Source of the DNA: an uncultured Clostridia bacterium
Lineage (GTDB): Bacteria; Bacillota; Clostridia; TANB77; CAG-508
NCBI GenBank assembly: GCA_947625295.1
Contig: CANQNU010000004.1
Location: 1-45,232 of the forward strand
Direction of reading: 5' to 3'
Length of the DNA: 45,232 nt
Of this stretch, positions 1 through 9,391 are shown one piece after another; the stretch's first letter is position 1; every line of letters starts with the position of its first letter. Under the pieces are notes generated by a model. That model was not told the origin of the DNA and searched no databases. It saw nothing but the letters and a program-made list of their open reading frames with translations. The translations under genes and the position numbers were made by a program.

Positions 1-107
1 AGCATCTTAGCTCGAGCAGTTATTATTTTTTCTTTAATATCTTTATAAATATCTTCTATATCTATAATTTCATTCTTGTTATTTTTCACCACTAATTTTT
101 TATCCAT
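1..107 (-). CDS. N-terminus of a gene running off the window, possibly DUF1016/YhcG-like
   Basis: RBS ACAGGAGGT then ATG at 107; open to the edge: MDKKLVVKNNKNEIIDIEDIYKDIKEKIITARAKM. The 'IKEKIITAR' pattern resembles DUF1016 N-termini. Confidence 0.45.
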   Translation of the reverse strand, partial: MDKKLVVKNNKNEIIDIEDIYKDIKEKIITARAKM

Positions 108-277
108 AATTACCTCCTGTTTTATATTTTTCTGTCCGAAGCAAACATTCTATTTCATCATATTTATTTAATTTTTGTCAAATTACGAAAGATAAGAAAT
201 CGAAAAAATGTTGATTTTTCAATAGTATTTTAATAATGTTGTTTATTTAAAATTTCAAATCTTCTTTTTTGTAAAAT

Positions 278-802
278 TTAATTAGATATTTCTTTGTCTT
301 TTCCTGAAAATCTAATCAATGATGTTATTCCAGATATAATTTCAAATACATTTCCAATTATGCAAATATAAGCACCAACTTTGTAATTATAATATATCCA
401 TATACAACCAGCAATTAAAAATACTATACGAATCCAATTTGAATTTTTCATCCAGGATGATACTGTATAGAAAAGTGTAATAATAATTGGAATTAAAGTA
501 AATAAGTCTTTATACGTTAATACACCTAAAATAATAATTAATATACAGAAAACGATTAACCATAAATTTGAAATATCTTTATTGTTTTTTCTTTTTATAT
601 AAAAAATATAACAACGGATTGTGGATAAAAAATTCATATAAGCTGCTTCAAATGCACCTAACATTGAATATTGTATTGTATAAGTAAGATTAGCCATTGC
701 CTGTAAAAATAAAATTTTATGTTGTTCTTTGTTTTGTATACTTACTACCCAAAATAAAATTGCAACCGCACCTACAATTTGTGATACAATAAACATATTC
801 AT
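278..802 (-). CDS. YgjV-family inner membrane protein
   Basis: 174 aa, multi-TM; 'SQIVGAVAI', 'QYSMLGA', 'WIYYN' pattern. Confidence 0.7.
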   Translation of the reverse strand: MNMFIVSQIVGAVAILFWVVSIQNKEQHKILFLQAMANLTYTIQYSMLGAFEAAYMNFLSTIRCYIFYIKRKNNKDISNLWLIVFCILIIILGVLTYKDLFTLIPIIITLFYTVSSWMKNSNWIRIVFLIAGCIWIYYNYKVGAYICIIGNVFEIISGITSLIRFSGKDKEISN

Positions 803-853
803 AAATTTATTTTCCTTTCTATTAGATTCTTCTATTTTTATATAAAAAAACTA

Positions 854-886
854 AATTGCCAAAAAGGGACGATCCTTTTGGCAATT
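854..886. terminator. Inverted repeat or terminator downstream of the 891..1370 gene
   Basis: AATTGCCAAAA ... TTTTGGCAATT arms. Confidence 0.5.
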
Positions 887-890
887 ATAA

Positions 891-1370
891 TTATAATGTT
901 CTATAATTATTTTTATCTGCTCTTTCATCCATCTGCCTATCGAATTTATCATTTTTATAGAACCAGTCTGTTTTTTTATCTTTTGGATTGTTTTTTCTAC
1001 TTTTATCAAAGAATATATCTAATACAACAGCTACTGCAAGTATCATTCCTATTAATGAAGCAAATGTATTTGAATATGTATTAATTGATAAATTTTCTTC
1101 TGCTCCTAAAATAAAATTTATATTGTTCATTAAGTCTACTCCAAAGTACATTCCATATGTTAATAAATAAATCAGTGCACCTACAACCGTTCTTTTTACA
1201 ACTAATATTATGCATAATAATGTAACAAATAATAATATTATTTCCATTTGTTGATTTAATGGTGTAAATGGAAATTCTATAGATAATTCTCCCATAATTG
1301 CTACTATTACTCTAAATGCCCAAAACATTATCATAAACATTACTAATAACCATGTAGATAAATTTTTCAT
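891..1370 (-). CDS. Hypothetical 4-TM membrane protein
   Basis: ORF 891..1415; likely start is ATG 1370 after AGGAG; hydrophobic segments and a charged C-tail. Confidence 0.7.
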   Translation of the reverse strand: MKNLSTWLLVMFMIMFWAFRVIVAIMGELSIEFPFTPLNQQMEIILLFVTLLCIILVVKRTVVGALIYLLTYGMYFGVDLMNNINFILGAEENLSINTYSNTFASLIGMILAVAVVLDIFFDKSRKNNPKDKKTDWFYKNDKFDRQMDERADKNNYRTL

Positions 1371-1444
1371 TTGCTTTTCTCTCCTATCTAAAATAAGTAT
1401 ACTTGATATTTTCATTTTTATTTTTGTTGATATTTAATTACAAA

Positions 1445-1477
1445 AGGTAAAAGTAAAAATTAACTTTACTTTTACCT
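1445..1477. terminator. Intrinsic terminator after the DUF1292 gene
   Basis: 13-bp inverted repeat AGGTAAAAGTAAA/TTTACTTTTACCT. Confidence 0.6.
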
Positions 1478-1491
1478 CTTTGTATTAATTT

Positions 1492-1800
1492 TTAATCTTC
1501 AAAATCAAACTCATCTTTAAATTTTTCTTTAAATATTTCAAATACTTGATTTAAAACTTCTTCATCATCTACACTTACATATGATTCTTCTTCTGAATTT
1601 TCTCCTTCTGTATCTTCTACTTTTAGTATTACTACTTCCCCTTCGTCTTCTTCGCCTTCGTCATCTATTGGTAATAATACAACATATTCTTCTTCATCTA
1701 ATTCTACTATGTCTAAAAATTCAAATTTAACTTCGTTTCCTTCTTCATCATTTAATATTACTATATTGTCTAATTCTTCTCCTTCAAAATTTTCTTCCAT
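1492..1800 (-). CDS. DUF1292 (YrzB-like) acidic protein
   Basis: 'IVILNDEEGNEVKFE...EYVVLLP' signature; conserved ireB-ruvX-DUF1292 order. Confidence 0.85.
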   Translation of the reverse strand: MEENFEGEELDNIVILNDEEGNEVKFEFLDIVELDEEEYVVLLPIDDEGEEDEGEVVILKVEDTEGENSEEESYVSVDDEEVLNQVFEIFKEKFKDEFDFED

Positions 1801-1850
1801 TTTTTTCTCCTTTCAAAATTTAAAATTATATCTTTTTATTTAATATAACA

Positions 1851-2300
1851 TTATAATAACATATTTTTATTTTTTTTCAACAAGTTTTTTGATTTATTTA
1901 AATAAGTTTCCAAAATATATACTGCAGATATAGTATCTACTATATTTCTTTTTTTATTCTTATTTACATCTAAAAAATTCATTGTTTTATGAGCTTCTAC
2001 TGTTGTTAATCTTTCATCTATTGAATCTATTTTTATCTTGTTGTATTTACATTTTAATTTATGAATAAATTCTTGTGTTATTTTTGCTCTTTGAGATATT
2101 GTTCCATCCATATTTAAAGGCATTCCAACAACAATTGTTTTTATTTCATATTTTTGTAATAGCTCATCTAACCTTCTTAAAACACTTTTATCTGAGCCAT
2201 TTCTTTGTATTGTTTCAAGCCCTTGTGCTGTTATATTAAGTTCATCTGTAATAGCAATTCCTACTCTTGCTTCTCCATAATCAATCCCTAGAATTCTCAT
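1851..2300 (-). CDS. ruvX: Holliday junction resolvase-like protein RuvX/YqgF
   Basis: 'RILGIDYGEARVGIA', 'VVGMPLNMDG', 'DERLTT', 'VDTISAVYIL'. Confidence 0.95.
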   Translation of the reverse strand: MRILGIDYGEARVGIAITDELNITAQGLETIQRNGSDKSVLRRLDELLQKYEIKTIVVGMPLNMDGTISQRAKITQEFIHKLKCKYNKIKIDSIDERLTTVEAHKTMNFLDVNKNKKRNIVDTISAVYILETYLNKSKNLLKKNKNMLL

Positions 2301-2301
2301 T

Positions 2302-2562
2302 TTATTTATCTAATCCTATATAATTTTTTACCATTTTTTCCAATAATTCATCTCTTTCAATAGTCCTTATTTTGTTTCTTGCATCATTATGACTAGTAAT
2401 ATAAGTTGGATCTCCTGATAATATATATCCAACTATTTGATTAATTGGATTATATCCTTTTTCCACTAAGGCCTGATATACTTCTTTTAGTATTTCTTTA
2501 CATTTTGTATTTTCTTCTCTTTCTACGCTAAAATTCATTGTTTTGTCAAATTCCATATGCAT
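2302..2562 (-). CDS. ireB: IreB/ReoM (UPF0297) regulatory phosphoprotein
   Basis: 'DKTMNF', '[22 protein letters not shown]'. Confidence 0.93.
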   Translation of the reverse strand: MHMEFDKTMNFSVEREENTKCKEILKEVYQALVEKGYNPINQIVGYILSGDPTYITSHNDARNKIRTIERDELLEKMVKNYIGLDK

Positions 2563-2576
2563 ACTCTCCTTTTCAA

Positions 2577-3707
2577 TTATATATTTGTTATATCACTTTC
2601 ATTTATATCTGCATTATCTATGTATTCTTCTAATTTCTTCAATACTTCTTCTAATCCTGTACCTTTGTAGTAAGATGATATAACAAAGTTTAATTTTGGT
2701 ACTGCTGTCATTTTTTTATAATCATCTATCTGTTGAGTATTTGTTTGTAATTTCAACTCTTCGATTTCTTCTTGTGTTAACGAAATTTGCATCATTTCAA
2801 TTTTATCTTTTATTACATTTAAAAAATCTGCTGTTCCACTTTCTTCTGCTCCTGAAAATGCTATTACGAATTTTGGTCCCATGTATCTTACAAAAACATA
2901 TTCTTGTGAAATATTTTGTTTAATATATTCACTTATTTGTGTAATAACTTTATTTCCTAATTCTCTACAATATTTTTTGTTAATTTCTTGTATGTTAGTA
3001 ATTTTGAACATACATATTGTTGATTTTGTATATTGATCTATTTTTTGTTTACCTTCACCATATAAATATTCTTCTGAATATAAACCAGTAAATAAATCTT
3101 TTCTAACAATTGTTTCTATTGTTTTTTGGTGTACAACTGTTTTTAAAACAGAAACAATATTTTCTTTAATAACTTCCAAAACTGTAATATCTACATTATC
3201 AAAGTCATGTGGAGTTCCACTTTCTATAATCCAATATCCAATATATACATTATCAATATATAAAGGGAAAAATATTGCTGATTTTGCTCTACCAAATTCC
3301 ATTTGTTGATATGGTAATCTTTCATTTTTATTATTTACTGTAACATATTTAGGTGTAGCTTGTTGAATACTATCTTTAAACATATCAATATTTTGCAATG
3401 ATTTTAGTGCTTCCCAATGTTTTTGATTAACATTTGATGCTTTTATTTCGTATTCAGCTCCATTAAATACCACAATAGTAGAATATTTAATTTCATATCT
3501 TTCTATTAAAATATCATTAATTTTATGAATCTTTTCTTCTACTGTTGAACTTTCTCCTATTGCATTCATAAAATCTTGTACTACATATAAATTATTAATT
3601 CTTTGATTCATGTTCTTAAATTTTTGAATCTTTTTATGTATTGATATATTATAAATTATTAGTCCTAAAACAATTAAAACCAATATTGCTACTACTGCTA
3701 TTATCAC
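2577..3707 (-). CDS. Membrane-anchored GAF plus degenerate GGDEF protein
   Basis: N-terminal TM; GAF-like '[15 protein letters not shown]'; 'DLFTGLY', with 'RYMGPKF' in place of RYGGDEF. Confidence 0.75.
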   Translation of the reverse strand: MIIAVVAILVLIVLGLIIYNISIHKKIQKFKNMNQRINNLYVVQDFMNAIGESSTVEEKIHKINDILIERYEIKYSTIVVFNGAEYEIKASNVNQKHWEALKSLQNIDMFKDSIQQATPKYVTVNNKNERLPYQQMEFGRAKSAIFFPLYIDNVYIGYWIIESGTPHDFDNVDITVLEVIKENIVSVLKTVVHQKTIETIVRKDLFTGLYSEEYLYGEGKQKIDQYTKSTICMFKITNIQEINKKYCRELGNKVITQISEYIKQNISQEYVFVRYMGPKFVIAFSGAEESGTADFLNVIKDKIEMMQISLTQEEIEELKLQTNTQQIDDYKKMTAVPKLNFVISSYYKGTGLEEVLKKLEEYIDNADINESDITNI

Positions 3708-3740
3708 TATTATTCCCCCCTTTTTATATATGTAGTCAGT

Positions 3741-6638
3741 TTAATACTGTCTTCTCATTTGCTCTAATGTACTATTCATATTTTGAGAAAAAGCGTCTCC
3801 AGCTCTATTTCCTATTGATGGTGGTGTATATGAATTATTATTTACAGTTGTATTTAATGGATAAACCATATTAGTTAAATTTTTTAATATTTCCATGAAT
3901 TGTTTTGAATATCCTTTTAAGTTAATATCACATTCAATAATTCCTCTTAGATATTTAGTATAAACTTCTTGATCAAATGGAATAGAAATATATTTAATTG
4001 TTTCTCTATCAAATAGTTCATTCATGAATGTCATCGCTGGTTCATTATAAGATGACATTCCTCCTATAATTGTTTTTTCATTTATCTCTCTTATTTTTAC
4101 CACTTTATTTAGTATGATTCTTAATTTTTGCGAATCAAGCACTTTTTTTGATAATAATTTATTTAAAAATGCTGTTAGTGGCTGTATTGTTAAAATATCA
4201 AATGATTGAACTAAGTATAATTCTTGTGCTTGTTTAAAATATTCTATTGGTGTATAAAAATCTGTATCAATTAATATTAGTGAATAATTTTTTACTAAAG
4301 TTTCTAATATTTTATCTACATGAATAATATTATCATTTTCATCTGGCAATGATGTAAATACTGTTAGATTCTTATTTACGTTAATTCCCTGCACAATTCC
4401 TTGTTCTAATTTTTCTATACTATGTGTTGCAATGTTTCTTAATTGATCTTCATTTTTTGTATAAATATAATATGAATTTCTATTTTGAGTTGTATCTAGA
4501 ATAGCTGTTTTTACTCCCATTATTGATGATATATATTCTGCAATATTATTAACAATAAATGATGTTCCATTTTTGCTTGTCCCAACAAATGCAGCTATTT
4601 TTTTGTCTGGAGTCAATAAACTTTCAATACCAACTGTATTTTGATATTCATTTTGATTATTTGATTCCTCAAAAATAGGTTTTGTATTTGTTTCTTCTGT
4701 ATTTTCAAATCCTGGTAAAAATGGTTCTTCTTGTGGTTCTTCTACATTTTCAAATCCTGGCAAAATTGGTTCTACTTTTGGTTCTTCTACATTTTCAAAT
4801 CCTGGCAAAATTGGTTCTACTTTTGGTTCTTCTACATTTTCAAATCCTGGTAAAATTGGTTCTACTTCTGGTTCTTCTACATTTTCAAATCCTGGTAAAA
4901 ATGGTTCTTCTTTTGGTTCTTCTACGTTATCAAATCCTGGTAAAATTGGTTCTTCTTTTGGTTCTTCTACATTTTCAAATCCTGGTAAAAATGATTCTTC
5001 TTTTGGTTCTTCTACATTTTCAAATCCTGGTAAAATTGGTTCTTCTTGTGGCTCTTCTACATTTTCAAACCCTGGCAAAAATGGTTCTTGCTTTAATTCT
5101 TGTTTATTGTCAAACTGTGGCAAAAATTCTTCTTCTTGAAGTTGCTCTATTTTTATTGTATTTTCATATGGTTGATCTGATTTTTCTGATACATCTAATG
5201 AAAAATCTTTTTCTATATTGTTTTGTTGTTTATTTGTTGAACCTATTCCTGGTATTATCTCTTCGAATATATTATCATCTTCTTGTACTTGCTCAAGTCC
5301 TGGTAATACATCTACTTCTTGTTTAGTTGTTTCTAAAGGTTGTAATTGCTCTGGAATAGGATTTTTTCTTGGTCTTCCTCTTCCTCTTTTTACTGTTGGT
5401 ACTGTTTCTTCACTTTGAATAGGATTTTTTCTTGGTCTTCCTCTTCCTCTTTTAGCTACTACTTCTGGTTGTTTCTCTTTCATAGTATTTTCTTCTGTTT
5501 TTATTATTTGTTCTATTTCTGTTAGTTGTGATAAGACATCTTCCTGTTTACTTTTTTGAATAGTATTTGTTTGCATATTATTTACGTTTTCTGTGTTTAT
5601 ATTATTTGAATTTACAGTTTGTGCGTTACCTAAGTTTTCTGCTTTTATATTTTTTATATTATTGGGATTTTCTGTTTGCATATTGTTTGCATTGCTTGTA
5701 TGCATATTGTTTATATTGTTTGCATTATTTGTATACATATTGTTTGCACTGTTTACATTGTTTGCATGCGTAGCATTATTTTTATTTTTATATAATTTCT
5801 TTCCATTCATATTGACAGCAGAAGGTATTACAATTGGTTCTGTAATATTGTTTTCTTTTTTTGCTTGTGTAAGTAATATTTCACTTGGACCATTATTTTC
5901 TTCTTTTTTCGCATTATATCTTAGTCCGTCTGATACTTTATTATTAAATGACATTATTTGTTGATATTTAGTTGATTTTTCTTCTAATACTGCTCTTACA
6001 TTTAATGGTAAAAACTTTGTAATAATTCTTAATTGTGTATCATTATATTGTGCGGCAATATTATTAAAACTATCAACATATTTTTCTTCATTCTTTCCAA
6101 GTCTTTTATAATGTGCAACAATGTTTTGTATTTCCATTTCGCTTACATCATTTTCATTTTCTGCTTGATAGTTTACATCTTCTGAATCTATTTTATAATA
6201 ATTTTTTGCTTCCTTTTTTAGTCGTGGTCTATTAATTAACCTACACACTTCTTCAAAACTTCTATCATTTCCAATAATTGCATCATAAATTCCTATACCA
6301 AATAATTTTACTAATAATTGTTCTGATTTTGTTCTTCTATCTGAACAAATTAAAATAATTGGTATATCCGTACCTTTAGCGTTAGAAGCTTCATCACTTA
6401 TACTATCTAATTTTTCAAAAATAAACTTATCAATTTGATCATATTGTGTACTAGTAAACGCTTCTAAATCTTCACTTATTACAACTCTATCATAAGTTTT
6501 GTCTTTTTGTAATTCTTTCAATATTGCATCAAAGTAATAAACATTTTTATATGATATGATTTCTTTATACTCCTTTTGATATCTTTTTACAATTGATTCT
6601 GAAATCTCATCATTACTTACAGCAAATAGAACTTTCAT
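3741..6638 (-). CDS. Large protein: receiver-like N-terminus, two AT-hooks, acidic tandem repeats, degenerate MinD/ParA-like C-terminus
   Basis: 965-aa ORF; KRGRGRPRKNP twice; 15-aa repeats; 'AAFVGTSKNGTSFI', 'AILD' and 'LILIDT' match the MinD/ParA fold pattern. Confidence 0.7.
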   Translation of the reverse strand: MKVLFAVSNDEISESIVKRYQKEYKEIISYKNVYYFDAILKELQKDKTYDRVVISEDLEAFTSTQYDQIDKFIFEKLDSISDEASNAKGTDIPIILICSDRRTKSEQLLVKLFGIGIYDAIIGNDRSFEEVCRLINRPRLKKEAKNYYKIDSEDVNYQAENENDVSEMEIQNIVAHYKRLGKNEEKYVDSFNNIAAQYNDTQLRIITKFLPLNVRAVLEEKSTKYQQIMSFNNKVSDGLRYNAKKEENNGPSEILLTQAKKENNITEPIVIPSAVNMNGKKLYKNKNNATHANNVNSANNMYTNNANNINNMHTSNANNMQTENPNNIKNIKAENLGNAQTVNSNNINTENVNNMQTNTIQKSKQEDVLSQLTEIEQIIKTEENTMKEKQPEVVAKRGRGRPRKNPIQSEETVPTVKRGRGRPRKNPIPEQLQPLETTKQEVDVLPGLEQVQEDDNIFEEIIPGIGSTNKQQNNIEKDFSLDVSEKSDQPYENTIKIEQLQEEEFLPQFDNKQELKQEPFLPGFENVEEPQEEPILPGFENVEEPKEESFLPGFENVEEPKEEPILPGFDNVEEPKEEPFLPGFENVEEPEVEPILPGFENVEEPKVEPILPGFENVEEPKVEPILPGFENVEEPQEEPFLPGFENTEETNTKPIFEESNNQNEYQNTVGIESLLTPDKKIAAFVGTSKNGTSFIVNNIAEYISSIMGVKTAILDTTQNRNSYYIYTKNEDQLRNIATHSIEKLEQGIVQGINVNKNLTVFTSLPDENDNIIHVDKILETLVKNYSLILIDTDFYTPIEYFKQAQELYLVQSFDILTIQPLTAFLNKLLSKKVLDSQKLRIILNKVVKIREINEKTIIGGMSSYNEPAMTFMNELFDRETIKYISIPFDQEVYTKYLRGIIECDINLKGYSKQFMEILKNLTNMVYPLNTTVNNNSYTPPSIGNRAGDAFSQNMNSTLEQMRRQY
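4689..5093 (-). repeat. 45-bp coding tandem repeat, 9 copies (xxEP[IF]LPGFENVEEP)
   Basis: TCTACATTTTCAAATCCTGG recurs every 45 nt; one more degenerate unit extends to ~5138. Confidence 0.95.
5355..5453 (-). repeat. Duplicated AT-hook coding unit (KRGRGRPRKNPI), 63-nt spacing
   Basis: Identical 36-mers at 5355-5390 and 5418-5453. Confidence 0.9.
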
Positions 6639-6641
6639 TTG

Positions 6642-7052
6642 TTACCCCCTTCCAAATTTTACAAACACTGCAAATGCTAGTGGTAATATTTGGCATATTA
6701 TTAATAATGTTACAAAAGTTACGATTAACCCCATACCTTTTTCTAGAGTATCTAACTTTCTTATACCTAAAATATATCTATGAATTGCACCAAATGCAAT
6801 TCCTAAAAAACATAATGGAATACTATATATTCTAATAATATTAAGAATGTATGCAACTGTTCCGTATGCATCTGAACCATATTTTACTTTGTAATCTTCT
6901 AATGAATGAGATGCATTATTTTTTATTTCTACAATTTTACTTTCTGTTTGTTCATCTATTGCTTGACTTTCAGCATATATTTTATTATTACATAAAAATA
7001 TCCCTATTATGATTGTTATTATCATAACAATTACTACTTTTTTTTTCATCAA
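6642..7052 (-). CDS. Small membrane protein with signal peptide and two C-terminal TM helices (TrbC/VirB2 pilin-like topology)
   Basis: 'KIYAES' cleavage-like site; two hydrophobic helices joined by a basic loop. The family call is tentative. Confidence 0.55.
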   Translation of the reverse strand: MMKKKVVIVMIITIIIGIFLCNNKIYAESQAIDEQTESKIVEIKNNASHSLEDYKVKYGSDAYGTVAYILNIIRIYSIPLCFLGIAFGAIHRYILGIRKLDTLEKGMGLIVTFVTLLIICQILPLAFAVFVKFGRG

Positions 7053-7148
7053 CTAAGCCCCTTTCCTCATTCTATTATTATGATATATTTCTCTATATAA
7101 CTATACTTTTATATAATATAACAAATTGTAAAAAATAGCAAGATTTTT

Positions 7149-8393
7149 TTATAATTTATTATATAAATATTTCATATATTCATATACTTTATTTGCCCAT
7201 TGTTTATCAGAAGCATATTTAGTATTGATTCCTTCTAATGTAGCACCATTGTAATAACTTCCTACTGCCTTTTCATTGCCGTAAATAGCTGTTCCTTTTG
7301 GATTTATGTAATATTTTACTAATACTCTAGATAATAAGTCTATACTTTCTGAATAATTAGAAAAATTGTATGCACCATTATATGGATTAGAATCATATGC
7401 ACCATATCCAAATAAATTATTTTTATCTTTTGCAAGTTTTGATGTTCCCCATGCGCTTTCATGTATTCCTATTGCTGCTATCAATATTCCATTAATTTTA
7501 TATTGTTGTTCTATGTAATAAAAATATTCTGCATTATTTTGAAAAATTTTATTTATATCTTTTGAGTCTGTTAATACTTTTTTAAATTGTTCTAAAGAAA
7601 GTCCACTTGGTTGATTAAGTGGCATATTAAAACTTAATTTTGAAATTAATTCAGATTTGCTTTTTTCTTTACCATCTTTATTTGTTGTTTTTTGATTAAT
7701 TTCAGCTTGTTTATTTATTGGTGTAGTTGATTCAGCTTTTATGTATCCTTCAACACTTCCACATATTATTTTATACCATTCATTTTGAATTTGTAATACT
7801 TTTAATTGACTATCTTTTTCTAATGTAGCAACTTTTTGTGAATTTTCATTAGCTTCACTCATAACAGATAATCTATCAGATGTGACATATACAAAATCTC
7901 CTGTTTTTACTTTATATTGTTTAATATTATTTCCAGTTCCAATCTCTACAATTTTATCAATTGCTGCTTTTGTTATTTTTATAGACTCTTGTTCTTCTTT
8001 TATTATTTCATCATTTTCATATTCTCTTTTTATTGTAATTTGTTGTTTTCCTTCTCTTCCTTCTTGCACAACTTGAATTGTATTTTTTGCTAGATTAGGA
8101 TTATTTCTATATTTTGTTATATATTCTAATTCAACTTCTTGAACATAATATTCTTCCTTTTTATTCTTGTTTGTTATATTTCCTATAATGTCATTTGTAG
8201 TTAATGCTTTTGCATTACTTATTTTTACATTTTCTATATTGCTATTTGTTTCTTTAGCATATACTTTATTTTTTGCAAAATATCTATCATAAAAAATAAT
8301 TAAATATAATAAACTAATAATAAAAGCCAAAAAATAAATAATACTTTTTAGCGATATTTTAACATTTTTCTTTGTTTTATCTTTTGATTTCAT
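7149..8393 (-). CDS. Cell-wall hydrolase: TM, G5, SH3b and GH73 glucosaminidase domains
   Basis: G5 'VVQEGREG...KIVEIGT'; SH3 'WYKI...GYI'; 'HESAWGTS', 'NNLFGYGAYD', 'YASDKQW'. Likely start ATG 8393. Confidence 0.88.
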   Translation of the reverse strand: MKSKDKTKKNVKISLKSIIYFLAFIISLLYLIIFYDRYFAKNKVYAKETNSNIENVKISNAKALTTNDIIGNITNKNKKEEYYVQEVELEYITKYRNNPNLAKNTIQVVQEGREGKQQITIKREYENDEIIKEEQESIKITKAAIDKIVEIGTGNNIKQYKVKTGDFVYVTSDRLSVMSEANENSQKVATLEKDSQLKVLQIQNEWYKIICGSVEGYIKAESTTPINKQAEINQKTTNKDGKEKSKSELISKLSFNMPLNQPSGLSLEQFKKVLTDSKDINKIFQNNAEYFYYIEQQYKINGILIAAIGIHESAWGTSKLAKDKNNLFGYGAYDSNPYNGAYNFSNYSESIDLLSRVLVKYYINPKGTAIYGNEKAVGSYYNGATLEGINTKYASDKQWANKVYEYMKYLYNKL

Positions 8394-8541
8394 AATATCA
8401 CCTATTATGATTTTACATTTTTTGTTTTTTTTTGTCAATTTAAAAATATGGAAAAATTCTCACTTACTGTTAATCTTTTATTTTAGTACTTGCTTTTATT
8501 AAAATTTTATATTAATATTATACGTATACTAAGGAGGAATT

Positions 8542-9334
8542 ATGGATAAGAAAAAAACAATATTAAGTGTTATTACATTAATTTTATTTTTTATAGTATT
8601 TTTTCTTGGATATTTAGTATTTAATAAATATATTTTAAAAACTAATTTTGAAAATAGTATTCTAACTTTTGCAGACAAAAATCAATCTACCATTTTTGAA
8701 ATAAATAAAATTGCATTTTTTACTAGTTGTGATGCAAAAAATAAAAACATATCTGTTAGCAATTATACATTAGAAAATATATACCAATATACTGATATTG
8801 CTTTATTTATTTCAAATGGAACAAAGGAAAAGAATTTAGAAAACACTTTCAAAAAAGTATCAATTGAAAATATAAAATTTAATACCATGCCATCTATTCG
8901 GACAACCACAATTATATTTTAAAAGTATTAATAATTTTTCTAAAAGTGATATTATAGATGAAAATTTAATACAAGATAAATTAGATTTTAATATTACTTC
9001 TGAAGATGAATCTAATTTGGATACGCCAACTTTATATAATAATTTAGCAAACCCTATCACTTTAAGCTATGTAAATCAAAACATAAAAACAGATTATACC
9101 TTTACAGATACTTCGTCTCCTATAACATATGATGGTTCTTTATTAAAAAAATGTAATATTCAATTAGAACAACTTACTTGTAATTTATCCTTTGATATAT
9201 TAATTACCAATAATTTAGATCAAAATTTCAAATGCACTGTCTTTCTTGACATACCATTAAAAACAGAAGAAAAAACAATCTATGATGGTAATATTATATT
9301 AGAAAAAGATACTAATTTAAAGTTTTATAGATGA
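8542..9334 (+). CDS. Hypothetical membrane-anchored protein (~263 aa), split by a +1 frameshift at CGG 8899-8901
   Basis: ORFs 8542..8922 and 9017..9334; the +1 frame is open from 8876 to 9334; ATT C GGA CAA CCA joins them; no clear RBS before the second ORF. Confidence 0.7.
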
Positions 9335-9391
9335 TTTTAGGAACGGAGAAAAAAATCATCTTTTGAAAAAAGCGAGAAAGGAATATATTTT

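Noticed and set aside
2161-2370. AGG as a second frameshift codon
   Set aside because: In-frame AGG occurs in intact ruvX, ireB and spoVM with no frame change.
4689-5093. 45-bp repeats as a CRISPR array, and the antisense 214-aa Leu/Val ORF 4682..5326 as a gene
   Set aside because: The units are contiguous with no unique spacers, are a multiple of 3 and lie in a coding frame; the antisense ORF is a shadow of the repeat.
5570-5790. Asn-rich short repeats as a separate element
   Set aside because: Low-complexity linker within the 965-aa CDS.
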